From the NCBI GenBank assembly GCA_002269645.1, contig NIVC01001448.1:62001-126000 (forward strand): DNA of 64,000 nt. The letters run 5' to 3'. Source of the stretch: Macrostomum lignano. Its lineage: Eukaryota. The notes under the pieces are model-generated. The model saw only the letters and a list, made by a program, of their open reading frames with translations. It was not told the DNA's origin and did no database searches. Numbering within the stretch: position 1 is the first letter of the stretch; every line of letters begins with the position of its first letter. This document shows, piece by piece, positions 48,001 to 59,710 of this stretch. Both the position numbers and the translations under genes were made by a program.

Positions 48001-51000
48001 TTGACTTCTGAAAATGATCTACCATTTAATTAATTATTCTAATCTGCCGGGAGAAATGGTTTCCGGTATGTCGGCCGAAGAGCTGGCGTGGGTATCATCC
48101 GAGTCGAACAGCCGGTATTTGGAGGAACTGAGCGAAGAATTTGCGCGCAAGATAGAATCAGAAGAGATTCTCGACATTCCGGAGGACGTGATGCAAGAGT
48201 TGAATCAGCTTGAACGAGATGGAATACCGGACTCCTTCGCCCGGCAGATGGAGGACAATGTGAGCCGCTTCAAGACTTTTCTGGAAGAAATGAAACTGTC
48301 AACGGATCTGCCGCGAATTCCAAAGTCGATTCTGGCTAATTATTTGCGTTTCTTCTATTCGACACTGCGAACAAAGGACGAGCGGTACTATGCTCCAGCA
48401 AGTCTCATCTGCATTAGAGCCGGACTGCATCGCTTCTTCTGTCTCAGTCGCCCAGAGATTAACATTAACATTAACTTCTGCTGTTATTTGTTTGCCTCTG
48501 TTTCACACTGTTGTTCTATTTCGCTCTATTACTGAGATAGAAAATACCATAGACAATTCAAGGCACGAATTGCCACATTGACGCCCGGAAAAGGGACGCT
48601 TAAGCCGGCAAAAATTAATGACAATGTATGCTAAGTTTCTGTTGAGATTCCCCTGCCTTACTTCTTAAAAAATAAAAAAATTACAAACAGTGCGAGAAAG
48701 GGTGAAAATATGTGAATAAAAACCAGACGATATAAACCTCATGGCAGAGAAGCTGCTTGGAGCTGCTGGAGGCTGAATTAAAATTCGAGCAAATTAATGG
48801 GCAAATCCAGCGAATCCTGCTGCATGCGGATCTCAGCATTTTGATGATGAACCCAGCGTCACTCACCTGCTCCCACTGCCACCTGTGCGTGGCCCTCCGT
48901 GACCTGCAGCCGAGTGGCGTTTTGGCAGGATCCAGATCTTCCTTTGCAGCCACCTTCCAGATGGAACTCTTGCCCTTCAACCAGCACAGTCCAGTCAATG
49001 TCCGAGTCTGCAGCTGTCCTGCCGTTCACTTGCACCAGACTGTTGGCCCAGCCCTCTGCGTAGCTGCCCGTCATCTGCCTGTATTCCTGTGTGAGGACTC
49101 GAGCGACATGTTGCAGCCAGTCAGCCAGTCTCTGCTGACACTTTGCTCTCTGCTCGGTGAATCCCGCATCGCTGAGCAGTCGATGCAGCTCCTCGCTCAG
49201 GCGCCTGTCTTGCTGAGAGTCGTCTGAGAGTCTGGGGGGGGGGAAGATGAGAAAGGAGTCAGTGGAGTGAAGCGTGGCCCAAGCTCGACCCAAGAGAGGG
49301 CAGTGAAAGCGGTCAGACTCACTGATGAAGGCGTTGAGCGGCTGGCTGTGGGTGCTGAGGGTTTCTGGAATGTGTGAAGGAAAGCGAGGTAAGGTAGCGA
49401 AGTGATTGCAAGTAGAATGGCAAGTAATGGCAACTGACTCGGTGAGACTTAGCAGCCGCAGCACCTGCCGCTGCTCAAATCGCTCTGCGAGCTGCGCACA
49501 GGTGAGGCCCTGACTGTCTCGATGGCTGGCATCGGCTCCATTGTCGATGAGAATCTTGGCTGCTTGCACGTAACCGGCTTGGCAGGCTCGTGAGAGAGCG
49601 GTGCGACCGTGAGTGTCTTGAGCGTGCAGTGAGGCGCCGAGATCGATGAGTTTGTGAATGAGTTCGTGATGACCTGCATCAGCTGCCAGCATGAGAGCGG
49701 TGGCTCCGGTGTTGTCGTCTGGGAGATCGACATGCTGTGTGCTGAATCGCTGATGATTGAGCAGTGTGGCGGCAAGAGCGACGTGTCTTTGAGAGACGGA
49801 GAGACGGAGCAGCTGTGTGATTTGAGGTGGCTGCATCTGAGAGAGGGTTTTGTTGAGAACGGAGTTTCTGTCTTCGATGGCCATTGCTGCAGTGAAGCTG
49901 AGGATGGTGTTGTATTGAAAGAGCCAGTCGGGCTCGAGACCGAGGGAGGCAACGACATTTTCGTGAAGACGAGAGCAAGCCGCGATTGCGCATTGGAAAC
50001 GGAGATTCGCTCTCTGATCCAGACTAGAGACACAGGAGATGAGAAACTTGACGATTTCAAAGTGACCATTGTTTGCAGCTTTTTCGGCAGCATTGATACA
50101 GCAGGTGTCCCTATTTGATTGGTCATTGATTTGTGAGACGAGAAACTTGACGATTTCAAAGTGACCATTGTTTGCAGCTTTTTCGGCAGCATTGATGCAG
50201 CAGGTGTCCCTATTTGATTGGTCATTGATTTGTGAGACGAAAAACTTGACGATTTCAAAGTGACCCTTGACTGCAGCTTTTTCGGCAGCATTGATGCAGC
50301 AGGTGTCCCTATTTGATTGGTCATTGATTTGTGAGAGGAGAAACTTGACGATTTCAAAGTGATCAAAAATTGCAGCTTTATCGGCAGCTTTGATGCAGCA
50401 GGTGTCCCTGTTTGATTGGTCATTGATTTGTGAGACGAGAAACTTGACGATTTCAAAGTGACCATTGTTTGCAGCTTTTTCGGCAGCATTGATGCAGCAG
50501 GTGTCCCTATTTGATTGGTCATTGATTTGTGAGACGAGAAACTTGACGATTTCAAAGTGATCAAAAATTGCAGCTTTATCGGCAGCTTTGATGCAGCAGG
50601 TGTCATTGGTCATTGATTTGTGAGAGGAGAAACTTGACGATTTCAAAGTGATCAAAAATTGCAGCTTTATCGGCAGCTTTGATGCAGCAGGTGTCCCTGT
50701 TTGATTGGTCATTGATTTGTGAGACGAGAAACTTGACGATTTCAAAGTGACCATTGTTTGCAGCTTTTTCGGCAGCATTGATGCAGCAGGTGTCCCTATT
50801 TGATTGGTCATTGATTTGTGAGACGAGAAACTTGACGATTTCAAAGTGACCATTGTTTGCAGCTTTTTCGGCAGCTTGATGCAGCAGGTGTCCCTGTTTG
50901 ATTGGTCATTGATTTGTGGGACGAAAAACTTGACGATTTCAAAGTGACCATTGTCTGCAGCTTTTTCGGCAGCTTTGATGCAGCAGATGTCCCTGTTTGA

Positions 51001-54000
51001 TTGGTCATTGATTTGTGGACGAGAAACTTGACGATTTCAAAGTGACCATTGCTGCAGCATTTTCGGCAGCTTTGATGCAGCAGTGTCCCTTTTTGATTGG
51101 TCATTGATTTGTGAGACGAGAAACTTGACGATTTCAAAGTGACCATTGTCTGCAGCTTTTTCGGCAGCTTTGATGCAGCAGGTGTCCCTGTTTGATTGGT
51201 CATTGATTTGTGAGACGAGAAACTTGACGATTTCAAAGTGACCATTGTCTGCAGCTATTTTGGCAGCTTTGATGCAGCAGTAGTCCCTTTTTGATTGGTC
51301 ATTGATTTGTGAGACGAGAAACTTGACGATTTCAAAGTGACCATTGTCTGCAGCTATTTTGGCAGCTTTGATGCAGCAGTGTCCCTTTTTGATTGGTCAT
51401 TGATTTGTGAGACGAGAAACTTGACGATTTCAAAGTGATCAAAAATTGCAGCTTTATCGGCAGCTTTGATGCAGCAGGTGTCCCTTTTTGATTGGTCATT
51501 GATTTGTGGGACGAGAAACTTGACGATTTCAAAGTGACCCTTGACTGCAGCTTTTCGGCAGCTTTGATGCAGCAGGTGTCCCTTTTTGATTGGTCATTGA
51601 TTTGTGGGACAAGAAACTTTTCAAAGTGACCATTGTCTGCAGCTTTTTCGGCAGCTTTGATGCAGCAGGTGTCCCTGTTTGATTGGTCATTGATTTGTGA
51701 GACGAGAAACTTGACGATTTCAAAGTGACCATTGTCTGCAGCTTTTTCGGCAGCTTTGATGCAGCAGGTGTCCCTGTTTGATTGGTCATTGATTTGTGAG
51801 ACGACAAACTTGACGATTTCAAAGTGACCATTGTCTGCAGCTTTTTCGGCAGCTTTGATGCAGCAGGTGTCCCTGTTTGATTGGTCATTGATTTGTGAGA
51901 CGACAAACTTGACGATTTCAAAGTGACCATTGTCTGCAGCTTTTTCGGCAGCGTTGATGCAGCAGGTGTCCCTGTTTGATTGGTCATTGATTTGTGAGAC
52001 GACAAACTTGACGATTTCAAAGTGACCATTGTCTGCAGCTTTTTCGGCAGCATTGATGCAGCAGGTGTCCCTGTTTGATTGGTCATTGATTTGTGAGACG
52101 ACAAACTTGACGATTTCAAAGTGACCATTGTCTGCAGCTTTTTCGGCAGCTTTGATGCAGCAGGTGTCCCTGTTTGATTGGTCATTGATTTGTGAGACGA
52201 CAAACTTGACGATTTCAAAGTGACCATTGTCTGCAGCTTTTTCGGCAGCTTTGATGCAGCAGGTGTCCCTGTTTGATTGGTCATTGATTTGTGGGACGAA
52301 AAACTTGACGATTTCAAAGTGACCCTTGACTGCAGCTTTTTCGGCAGCTTTGATGCAGCAGATGTCCCTGTTTGATTGGTCATTGATTTGTGGGACGAGA
52401 AACTTGACGATTTCAAAGTGACCATTGCCTGCAGCATTTTCGGCAGCTTTGATGCAGCAGTAGTCCCTTTTTGATTGGTCATTGATTTGTGAGACGAGAA
52501 ACTTGACGATTTCAAAGTGACCATTGTCTGCAGCTTTTTCGGCAGCTTTGATGCAGCAGGTGTCCCTGTTTGATTGGTCATTGATTTGTGAGACGAGAAA
52601 CTTGACGATTTCAAAGTGACCATTGTCTGCAGCTATTTTGGCAGCTTTGATGCAGCAGTAGTCCCTTTTTGATTGGTCATTGATTTGTGAGACGAGAAAC
52701 TTGACGATTTCAAAGTGACCATTGTCTGCAGCTATTTTGGCAGCTTTGATGCAGCAGTAGTCCCTTTTTGATTGGTCATTGATTTGTGAGACGAGAAACT
52801 TGACGATTTCAAAGTGACCATTGTCTGCAGCTATTTTGGCAGCTTTGATGCAGCAGTAGTCCCTTTTTGATTGGTCATTGATTTGTGAGACGAGAAACTT
52901 GACGATTTCAAAGTGATCAAAAATTGCAGCTTTATCGGCAGCATTGATGCAGCCGGTGTCCCTTTTTGATTGGTCATTGATTTGTGGGACGAGAAACTTG
53001 ACGATTTCAAAGTGACCCTTGACTGCAGCCTTTTCGGCAGCTTTGGTGCAGCAGGTGTCCCTTTTTGATTGGTCATTGATTTGTGGGACAAGAAACTCGG
53101 CGATTTCAAAGTGACCATTGTCTGCAGCTTTTTCAACAGCTTTGATGCAGCAGGTGTCCCTGTTTGATTGGTCATTGATTTGTGAGACGACAAACTTGAC
53201 GATTTCAAAGTGACCATTGTCTGCAGCTTTTTCGGCAGCTTTGATGCAGCAGGTGTCCCTGTTTGATTGGTCATTGATTTGTGAGACGACAAACTTGACG
53301 ATTTCAAAGTGACCATTGTCTGCAGCTTTTTCGGCAGCTTTGATGCAGCAGGTGTCCCTGTTTGATTGGTCATTGATTTGTGAGACGACAAACTTGACGA
53401 TTTCAAAGTGACCATTGTCTGCAGCTTTTTCGGCAGCGTTGATGCAGCAGGTGTCCCTGTTTGATTGGTCATTGATTTGTGAGACGACAAACTTGACGAT
53501 TTCAAAGTGACCATTGTCTGCAGCTTTTTCGGCAGCATTGATGCAGCAGGTGTCCCTGTTTGATTGGTCATTGATTTGTGAGACGACAAACTTGACGATT
53601 TCAAAGTGACCATTGTCTGCAGCTTTTTCGGCAGCTTTGATGCAGCAGGTGTCCCTGTTTGATTGGTCATTGATTTGTGAGACGACAAACTTGACGATTT
53701 CAAAGTAACCATTGTTTGCAGCTTTTTCGGCAGCATTGATGCAGCAGGTGTCCCTGTTTGATTGGGCATTGATTTGTGAGACGACAAACTTGGCGATTTC
53801 AAAGTGACCATTGTCTGCAGCTTTTTCGGCAGCATTGATGCAGCAGGTGTCCCTGTTTGATTGGTCATTGATTTGTGGGACAAGAAACTCGGCGATTTCA
53901 AAGTGACCATTGTCTGCAGCTTTTTCGGCAGCATTGATGCAGCAGGTGTCCCTGTTTGATTGGTCTTTGATTTGTGAGACGACAAACTTGACGATTTCAA

Positions 54001-54337
54001 AGTGACCCTTGACTGCAGCCTTTTCGGCAGCTTTGATGCAGCAGGTGTTCCTTTTTGATTGGTCATTGATTTGTGGGACAAGAAACTCGGCGATTTCAAA
54101 GTGACCATTGTCTGCAGCTTTTTCGGCAGCTTTGATGCAGCAGGTGTCCCTGTTTGATTGGTCATTGATTTGTGAGACGAGAAACTTGACGATTTCAAAG
54201 TCACCGTTGTCTAAAGCACTGTGAGTGGCCTGAACGATATCACTTAAGCTGGACGATGTCGTACCATGGGCACGTCGAGCAGTTTGCGGGATGTTTTCGG
54301 TCGTGACGAACTGATGCTGACTTTGATTTTGGCTCAT
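45084..54337 (-). CDS. ankyrin-repeat + Mab-21/cGAS-like nucleotidyltransferase (cGLR), paralog 2; exons about 54337-49323, 49223-48867, 46606-45084; several frameshifts at 50600-51560 (pseudogene or assembly errors)
   Basis: Start MSQNQSQHQ homologous to MDQNQSRHQ of paralog 1; about 42 ANK-like units; canonical ANKs; TGSYAEG..DSDIDW; GCAG|gtgagt at 48866; ctgcag|GC at 46606; Mab-21 motifs in ORF 45084-46592. Confidence 0.8.
47758..48603 (+). mobile_element. internally deleted Crypton-like (tyrosine-recombinase) DNA transposon in cGLR2 intron 2
   Basis: TTAA at both ends (47758-47761; 48600-48603), 17-bp subterminal inverted repeats (47771-47787 / 48575-48591, 16/17). ORF 48014-48535 carries LANYLRFFYSTLRTKDERYYAPASLICIRAGLHRFF, resembling the Crypton/DUF3504 (KCTD1/ZMYM/QRICH1) N-terminal region. 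Confidence 0.75.
50050..54210 (-). repeat. 99-bp coding tandem array, roughly 42 ankyrin-like units
   Basis: Period 99 checked at 51721/51820; 27 units counted in ORF 51332-54337 before the frameshifts. Confidence 0.95.
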
Positions 54338-54914
54338 TGTTCTCTAGAACGGTGTTGGATTAGTAAGGTTAAAAGTGGTGGAAAATAGGAGAAAGTTGGG
54401 GATGTAGGGAAAATGAAGTGGAGGGAGAAGAAAGTGAGGGAGCTGTGGCGCCGCCTGGCTTAGCTCATTGACTGACTTTTACTGACTTACTTTGTGTACG
54501 TAATATTTACTCATCGCCAATGTACGTAGCGTTCACGCGCCACGTTGTGCCTAGGCTAAAGTTAGAAATGTTTGACTGCGCTATATTATAGGCGTTTTGT
54601 CGGTTGTTTCTCAATATAATAAAGGCCGCTTAACTGTCACTTGAAGTTGCGTTTTTTTCTTGTGCTCAACTAAGCGCTCTCTTATAACGAAGAGTCCTCC
54701 TTATGGCTAAGGCACGACATGTGCAAGAAAGAGAGAAGAGAGAAAGAGAGGAGGACGAAAGAAAGAGGGGAGGGAGGGAGAAGGAGGGAGGGAGGGAAAA
54801 AGAAGGGTGGGAAAAAGAAAGAGGAAGGGACAGAGGTAGAGGTGAGGTTTGCAGCTTTGCGGCTGTAAATGTTTTTAATGAATTATGAAGAGACTTTATG
54901 AACCTTGTCCGTAA

Positions 54915-55340
54915 TGTCTGGCTGCTGTCAGAGTGGCAGATGTCAGTCACGGCTGCTGTCAGAGTGGCAGATGTCAGTCACGGCTGCTGTCAGAGTGGCA
55001 GATGTCAGTCACGGCTGCTGTCAGAGTGGCAGATGTCAGTCACGGCTGCTGTCAGAGTGGCAGATGTCAGTCACGGCTGCTGTCAGAGTGGCAGATGTCA
55101 GTCACGGCTGCTGTCAGAGTGGCAGATGTCAGTCACGGCTGCTGTCAGAGTGGCAGATGTCAGTCACGGCTGCTGTCAGAGTGGCAGATGTCAGTCACGG
55201 CTGCTGTCAGAGTGGCAGATGTCAGTCACGGCTGCTGTCAGAGTGGCAGATGTCAGTCACGGCTGCTGTCAGAGTGGCAGATGTCAGTCACGGCTGCTGT
55301 CAGAGTGGCAGATGTCAGTCACGGCTGCTGTCAGAGTGGA
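54915..55340. repeat. 31-bp minisatellite, highly homogeneous
   Basis: Unit gtcagtcacggctgctgtcagagtggcagat. Confidence 0.95.
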
Positions 55341-55964
55341 GGTGTTTCAAAGGTTTGTGCAGCCGGTTGCCAGAAAGAGTTCACCGCCTCATCTCTCAAC
55401 TGCCCGCCCTTTTGCAGCCTCTGGCGAGGCCGACCACCCCTAGCCTTGGCAACCGAAACTTCTCTCCCGAGCATGAGCGCTGAGTTCGCCGCCTTCGCCT
55501 CTGTGCACCCAGCATGGCAACGGAGAGGCTGCGGCTGCAGCGGCCACCCCAAGCCGCACTTGATGAGGCTGAGCTGACCCATTGTGCCTCAGTGCGGTCT
55601 GAGATCTTTAAATGCATTTAATGGCCTACTGAGCGGTGTTAAGTGCTGCTCAGTCCCGCAGTGCATCGGTTTGAGGAGGCGTCAAATGTGCATAAAATGC
55701 ATTGTTAAACTGGGCCAGTTTTCTCTCTCACTCTGCCCACTGGCCTTCTTAACTGTACAGCAGTTGTAGAGCATCGGTTGGCTTGCAACAGGGCTCTGGC
55801 TCTCTGCCGTCTCTCCTACTGGTATGCTTTCACTGTTCCTCTGGTGCTCAGCTCAGGCAGTTGAGAGTCTGCTGGGCTGAGTTTGGCATCTGCAATAGTT
55901 AATATTCGTTTGCTTTTCTACAGAAGCCTCTCATCACTGCCGCTCCTGTTTCATATTTTAAACA

Positions 55965-57950
55965 GTCACCATCCCTACAGTCAGCATCCCTACAGTCAGC
56001 ATCCCTACAGTCAGCATCCCTACAGTCAGCATCCCTACAGTCACCATCCCTACAGTCACCATCCCTACAGTCAGCATCCCTACAGTCAGCATCCCTACAG
56101 TCAGCATCCCTACAGTCAGCATCCCTACAGTCACCATCCCTACAGTCACCATCCCTACAGTCACCATCCCTACAGTCAGCATCCCTACAGTCACCATCCC
56201 TACAGTCACCATCCCTACAGTCACCATCCCTACAGTCACCATCCCTACAGTCACCATCCCTACAGTCACCATCCCTACAGTCACCATCCCTACAGTCACC
56301 ATCCCTACAGTCACCATCCCTACAGTCACCATCCCTACAGTCACCATCCCTACAGTCACCATCCCTACAGTCAGCATCCCTACAGTCAGCATCCCTACAG
56401 TCACCATCCCTACAGTCACCATCCCTACAGTCACCATCCCTACAGTCACCATCCCTACAGTCAGCATCCCTACAGTCACCATCCCTACAGTCACCATCCC
56501 TACAGTCACCATCCCTACAGTCACCATCCCTACAGTCACCATCCCTACAGTCACCATCCCTACAGTCACCATCCCTACAGTCACCATCCCTACAGTCACC
56601 ATCCCTACAGTCACCATCCCTACAGTCACCATCCCTACAGTCAGCATCCCTACAGTCAGCATCCCTACAGTCACCATCCCTACAGTCACCATCCCTACAG
56701 TCACCATCCCTACAGTCACCATCCCTACAGTCAGCATCCCTACAGTCAGCATCCCTACAGTCAGCATCCCTACAGTCACCATCCCTACAGTCACCATCCC
56801 TACAGTCACCATCCCTACAGTCACCATCCCTACAGTCACCATCCCTACAGTCACCATCCCTACAGTCACCATCCCTACAGTCACCATCCCTACAGTCACC
56901 ATCCCTACAGTCACCATCCCTACAGTCACCATCCCTACAGTCACCATCCCTACAGTCAGCATCCCTACAGTCAGCATCCCTACAGTCACCATCCCTACAG
57001 TCACCATCCCTACAGTCACCATCCCTACAGTCACCATCCCTACAGTCACCATCCCTACAGTCACCATCCCTACAGTCACCATCCCTACAGTCACCATCCC
57101 TACAGTCAGCATCCCTACAGTCACCATCCCTACAGTCACCATCCCTACAGTCACCATCCCTACAGTCACCATCCCTACAGTCAGCATCCCTACAGTCAGC
57201 ATCCCTACAGTCACCATCCCTACAGTCAGCATCCCTACAGTCAGCATCCCTACAGTCACTATCCCTACAGTCACTATCCCTACAGTCACCATCCCTACAG
57301 TCAGCATCCCTACAGTCACCATCCCTACAGTCACCATCCCTACAGTCACCATCCCTACAGTCACCATCCCTACAGTCACCATCCCTACAGTCAGCATCCC
57401 TACAGTCAGCATCCCTACAGTCACCATCCCTACAGTCACCATCCCTACAGTCACCATCCCTACAGTCACCATCCCTACAGTCACCATCCCTACAGTCAGC
57501 ATCCCTACAGTCACCATCCCTACAGTCAGCATCCCTACAGTCACCATCCCTACAGTCAGCATCCCTACAGTCACCATCCCTACAGTCACCATCCCTACAG
57601 TCACCATCCCTACAGTTACTATCCCTACAGTCACCATCCCTACAGTCACCATCCCTACAGTCACTATCCCTACAGTCACCATCCCTACAGTCACTATCCC
57701 TACAGTCACTATCCCTACAGTCAGCATCCCTACAGTCACCATCCCTACAGTCACCATCCCTACAGTCACCATCCCTACAGTTACTATCTCTACAGTCACC
57801 ATCCCTACAGTCACCATCCCTACAGTCAGCATCCCTACAGTCAGCATCCCTACAGTCACCATCCCTACAGTCACCATCCCTACAGTCACCATCCCTACAG
57901 TCACCATCCCTACAGTCACCATCCCTACAGTCACCATCCATACAGTCAAC
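55965..57950. repeat. 15-bp satellite, about 132 copies
   Basis: Unit cagtcaccatcccta with cagtcagc/cagtcact variants. Confidence 0.97.
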
Positions 57951-58719
57951 CAAGAGACAGGGGCGCCCAGCAAGAGGCAGGGGCGCCAGGGTGCCCAAAG
58001 TTCAACTGCGAATACTTATTAATTTGCATGTGAGAACCTGCAGATGCATTTCATCTCTAATTTCGATGCGTTCTGCTTTTTAAAAAAAACCGCAGCTCCA
58101 AACTCTTGTCCTGATCCGCCGCTGCAGCCACTGCACCCAAAGAAGATCTGCGCCTGAGGCAAAAATTACAAAAACAATGCACTGAAAATGCGCTCGCAGT
58201 CTCCAAGCTTCATCTGGAACGGCCCCACCCAGCTCAGCACTCGCAGTGCGATAATCTGGCGTGATGATAGATGGCAAAGAGAAAACTGCTTGAGTTCTTG
58301 AGTTCAATCACCCCATACTGGCCTCTCAAACCACCCAACCCCCCGTAACCCCTGTCTCAGAGACAATAAAGAAGTCTAGCTAAAATGCAGCTCCACCCAG
58401 CTCACCTACTCAAAGCAAAGTAGGTTGCCCCCGGAAACCGCGGAGGCTGGGCAGAGCTCGCCTTTAAACCGCAGGGAGGCTGGCAGATAGGTTTGCAGGC
58501 CTGAGAATAGCGAGCGAGCAGAGATAATTGCTGCTTGAGTTTGAGCTGGCCTCGATCTCTAACCACCCGCTCCTTACTGCTCAAGACTGCGTTTTTATGT
58601 CATAAAATAACCATTGTTAGACGGAATGCAAAATGCAGTGAACTGCTGCGGCCGAGAGCTGGATGAATAGAGATGGGCTGCCAGAGCTCGGCTGCACTTT
58701 AATATGCAATAGTAAACAA

Positions 58720-59710
58720 CTGATTGGCGCCTCATCTGACACCCTCTAGATTGGCGCCTCATCTGACACCCTCTAGATTGGAGCCCCATCTGACACCCTC
58801 TAGATTGGAGCCTCATCTGACACCCTCTAGATTGGAGTCCCATCTGACACCCTCTAGATTGGAGCCTCATCTGACACCCTCTAGATTGGAGTCCCATCTG
58901 ACACCCTCTAGATTGGCGCCTCATCTGACACCCTCTAGATTGGAGTCCCATCTGACACCCTCTAGATTGGAGCCTCATCTGACACCCTCTAGATTGGAGT
59001 CCCATCTGACAACCTCTAGATTGGAGTCCCATCTGACACCCTCTAGATTGGCGCCTCATCTGACACCCTCTAGATTGGAGCCCCATCTGACACCCTCTAG
59101 ATTGGAGCCTCATCTGACACTCTCTAGATTGCAGTCCCTTATGACACCCTCTAGATTGGAGTCCCATCTGACACCCTCTAGATTAGATTCCCATCTGACA
59201 CCCTCTAGATTGCAGTCCCTTCTGACACCCTCTAGATTGCAGTCCCATCTGACACCCTCTAGATTGCAGTCCCTTCTGACACCCTCTAGATTGCAGTCCC
59301 ATCTGACACCCTCTAGATTGGAGTCCCATCTGACACCCTCTAGATTGCAGTCCCATCTGACACCCTCTAGATTGGAGTCCCATCTGACACCCTCTAGATT
59401 GGCGCTCGATCTGACGCCCTCTAGCTAGATTTGCGCTCCATCTGACACCCTCTAGATTGGAGTCCCATCTGACACCCTCTAGATTGCAGTCCCATCTGAC
59501 ACCCTCTAGATTGGAGTCCCATCTGACACCCTCTAGATTGGCGCTCGATCTGACGCCCTCTAGCTAGATTTGCGCTCCATCTGACACCCTCTAGATTGGA
59601 GTCCCATCTGACACCCTCTAGATTGGCGCTCGATCTGACGCCCTCTAGCTAGATTTGCGCTCCATCTGACACCCTCTAGATTGGAGTCTCATCTGACACC
59701 ATCTACGAGC
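58720..59710. repeat. 27-bp minisatellite
   Basis: Unit cccatctgacaccctctagattggagt. Confidence 0.95.

Noticed and set aside
49449-54204. SSSFSSHKSMTNQ-repeat ORFs
   Set aside because: Alternative frame of the 99-bp ankyrin array, which is stop-free in two frames.
55883-58033. About 700-aa ORFs (HHPYS, RDGDC, MVTVG repeats)
   Set aside because: Stop-free frames of a 15-bp satellite on both strands; no non-repeat coding context.
58406-58500. Candidate minus-strand exon (ttctcag..|gtgagc), with other exon-like islands at about 55340-55570 and 59850-60060
   Set aside because: No recognisable protein and no consistent frame chain could be built.
58595-59428. LQSRGCQM / PHLTPSR ORFs
   Set aside because: Products of the 27-bp minisatellite.
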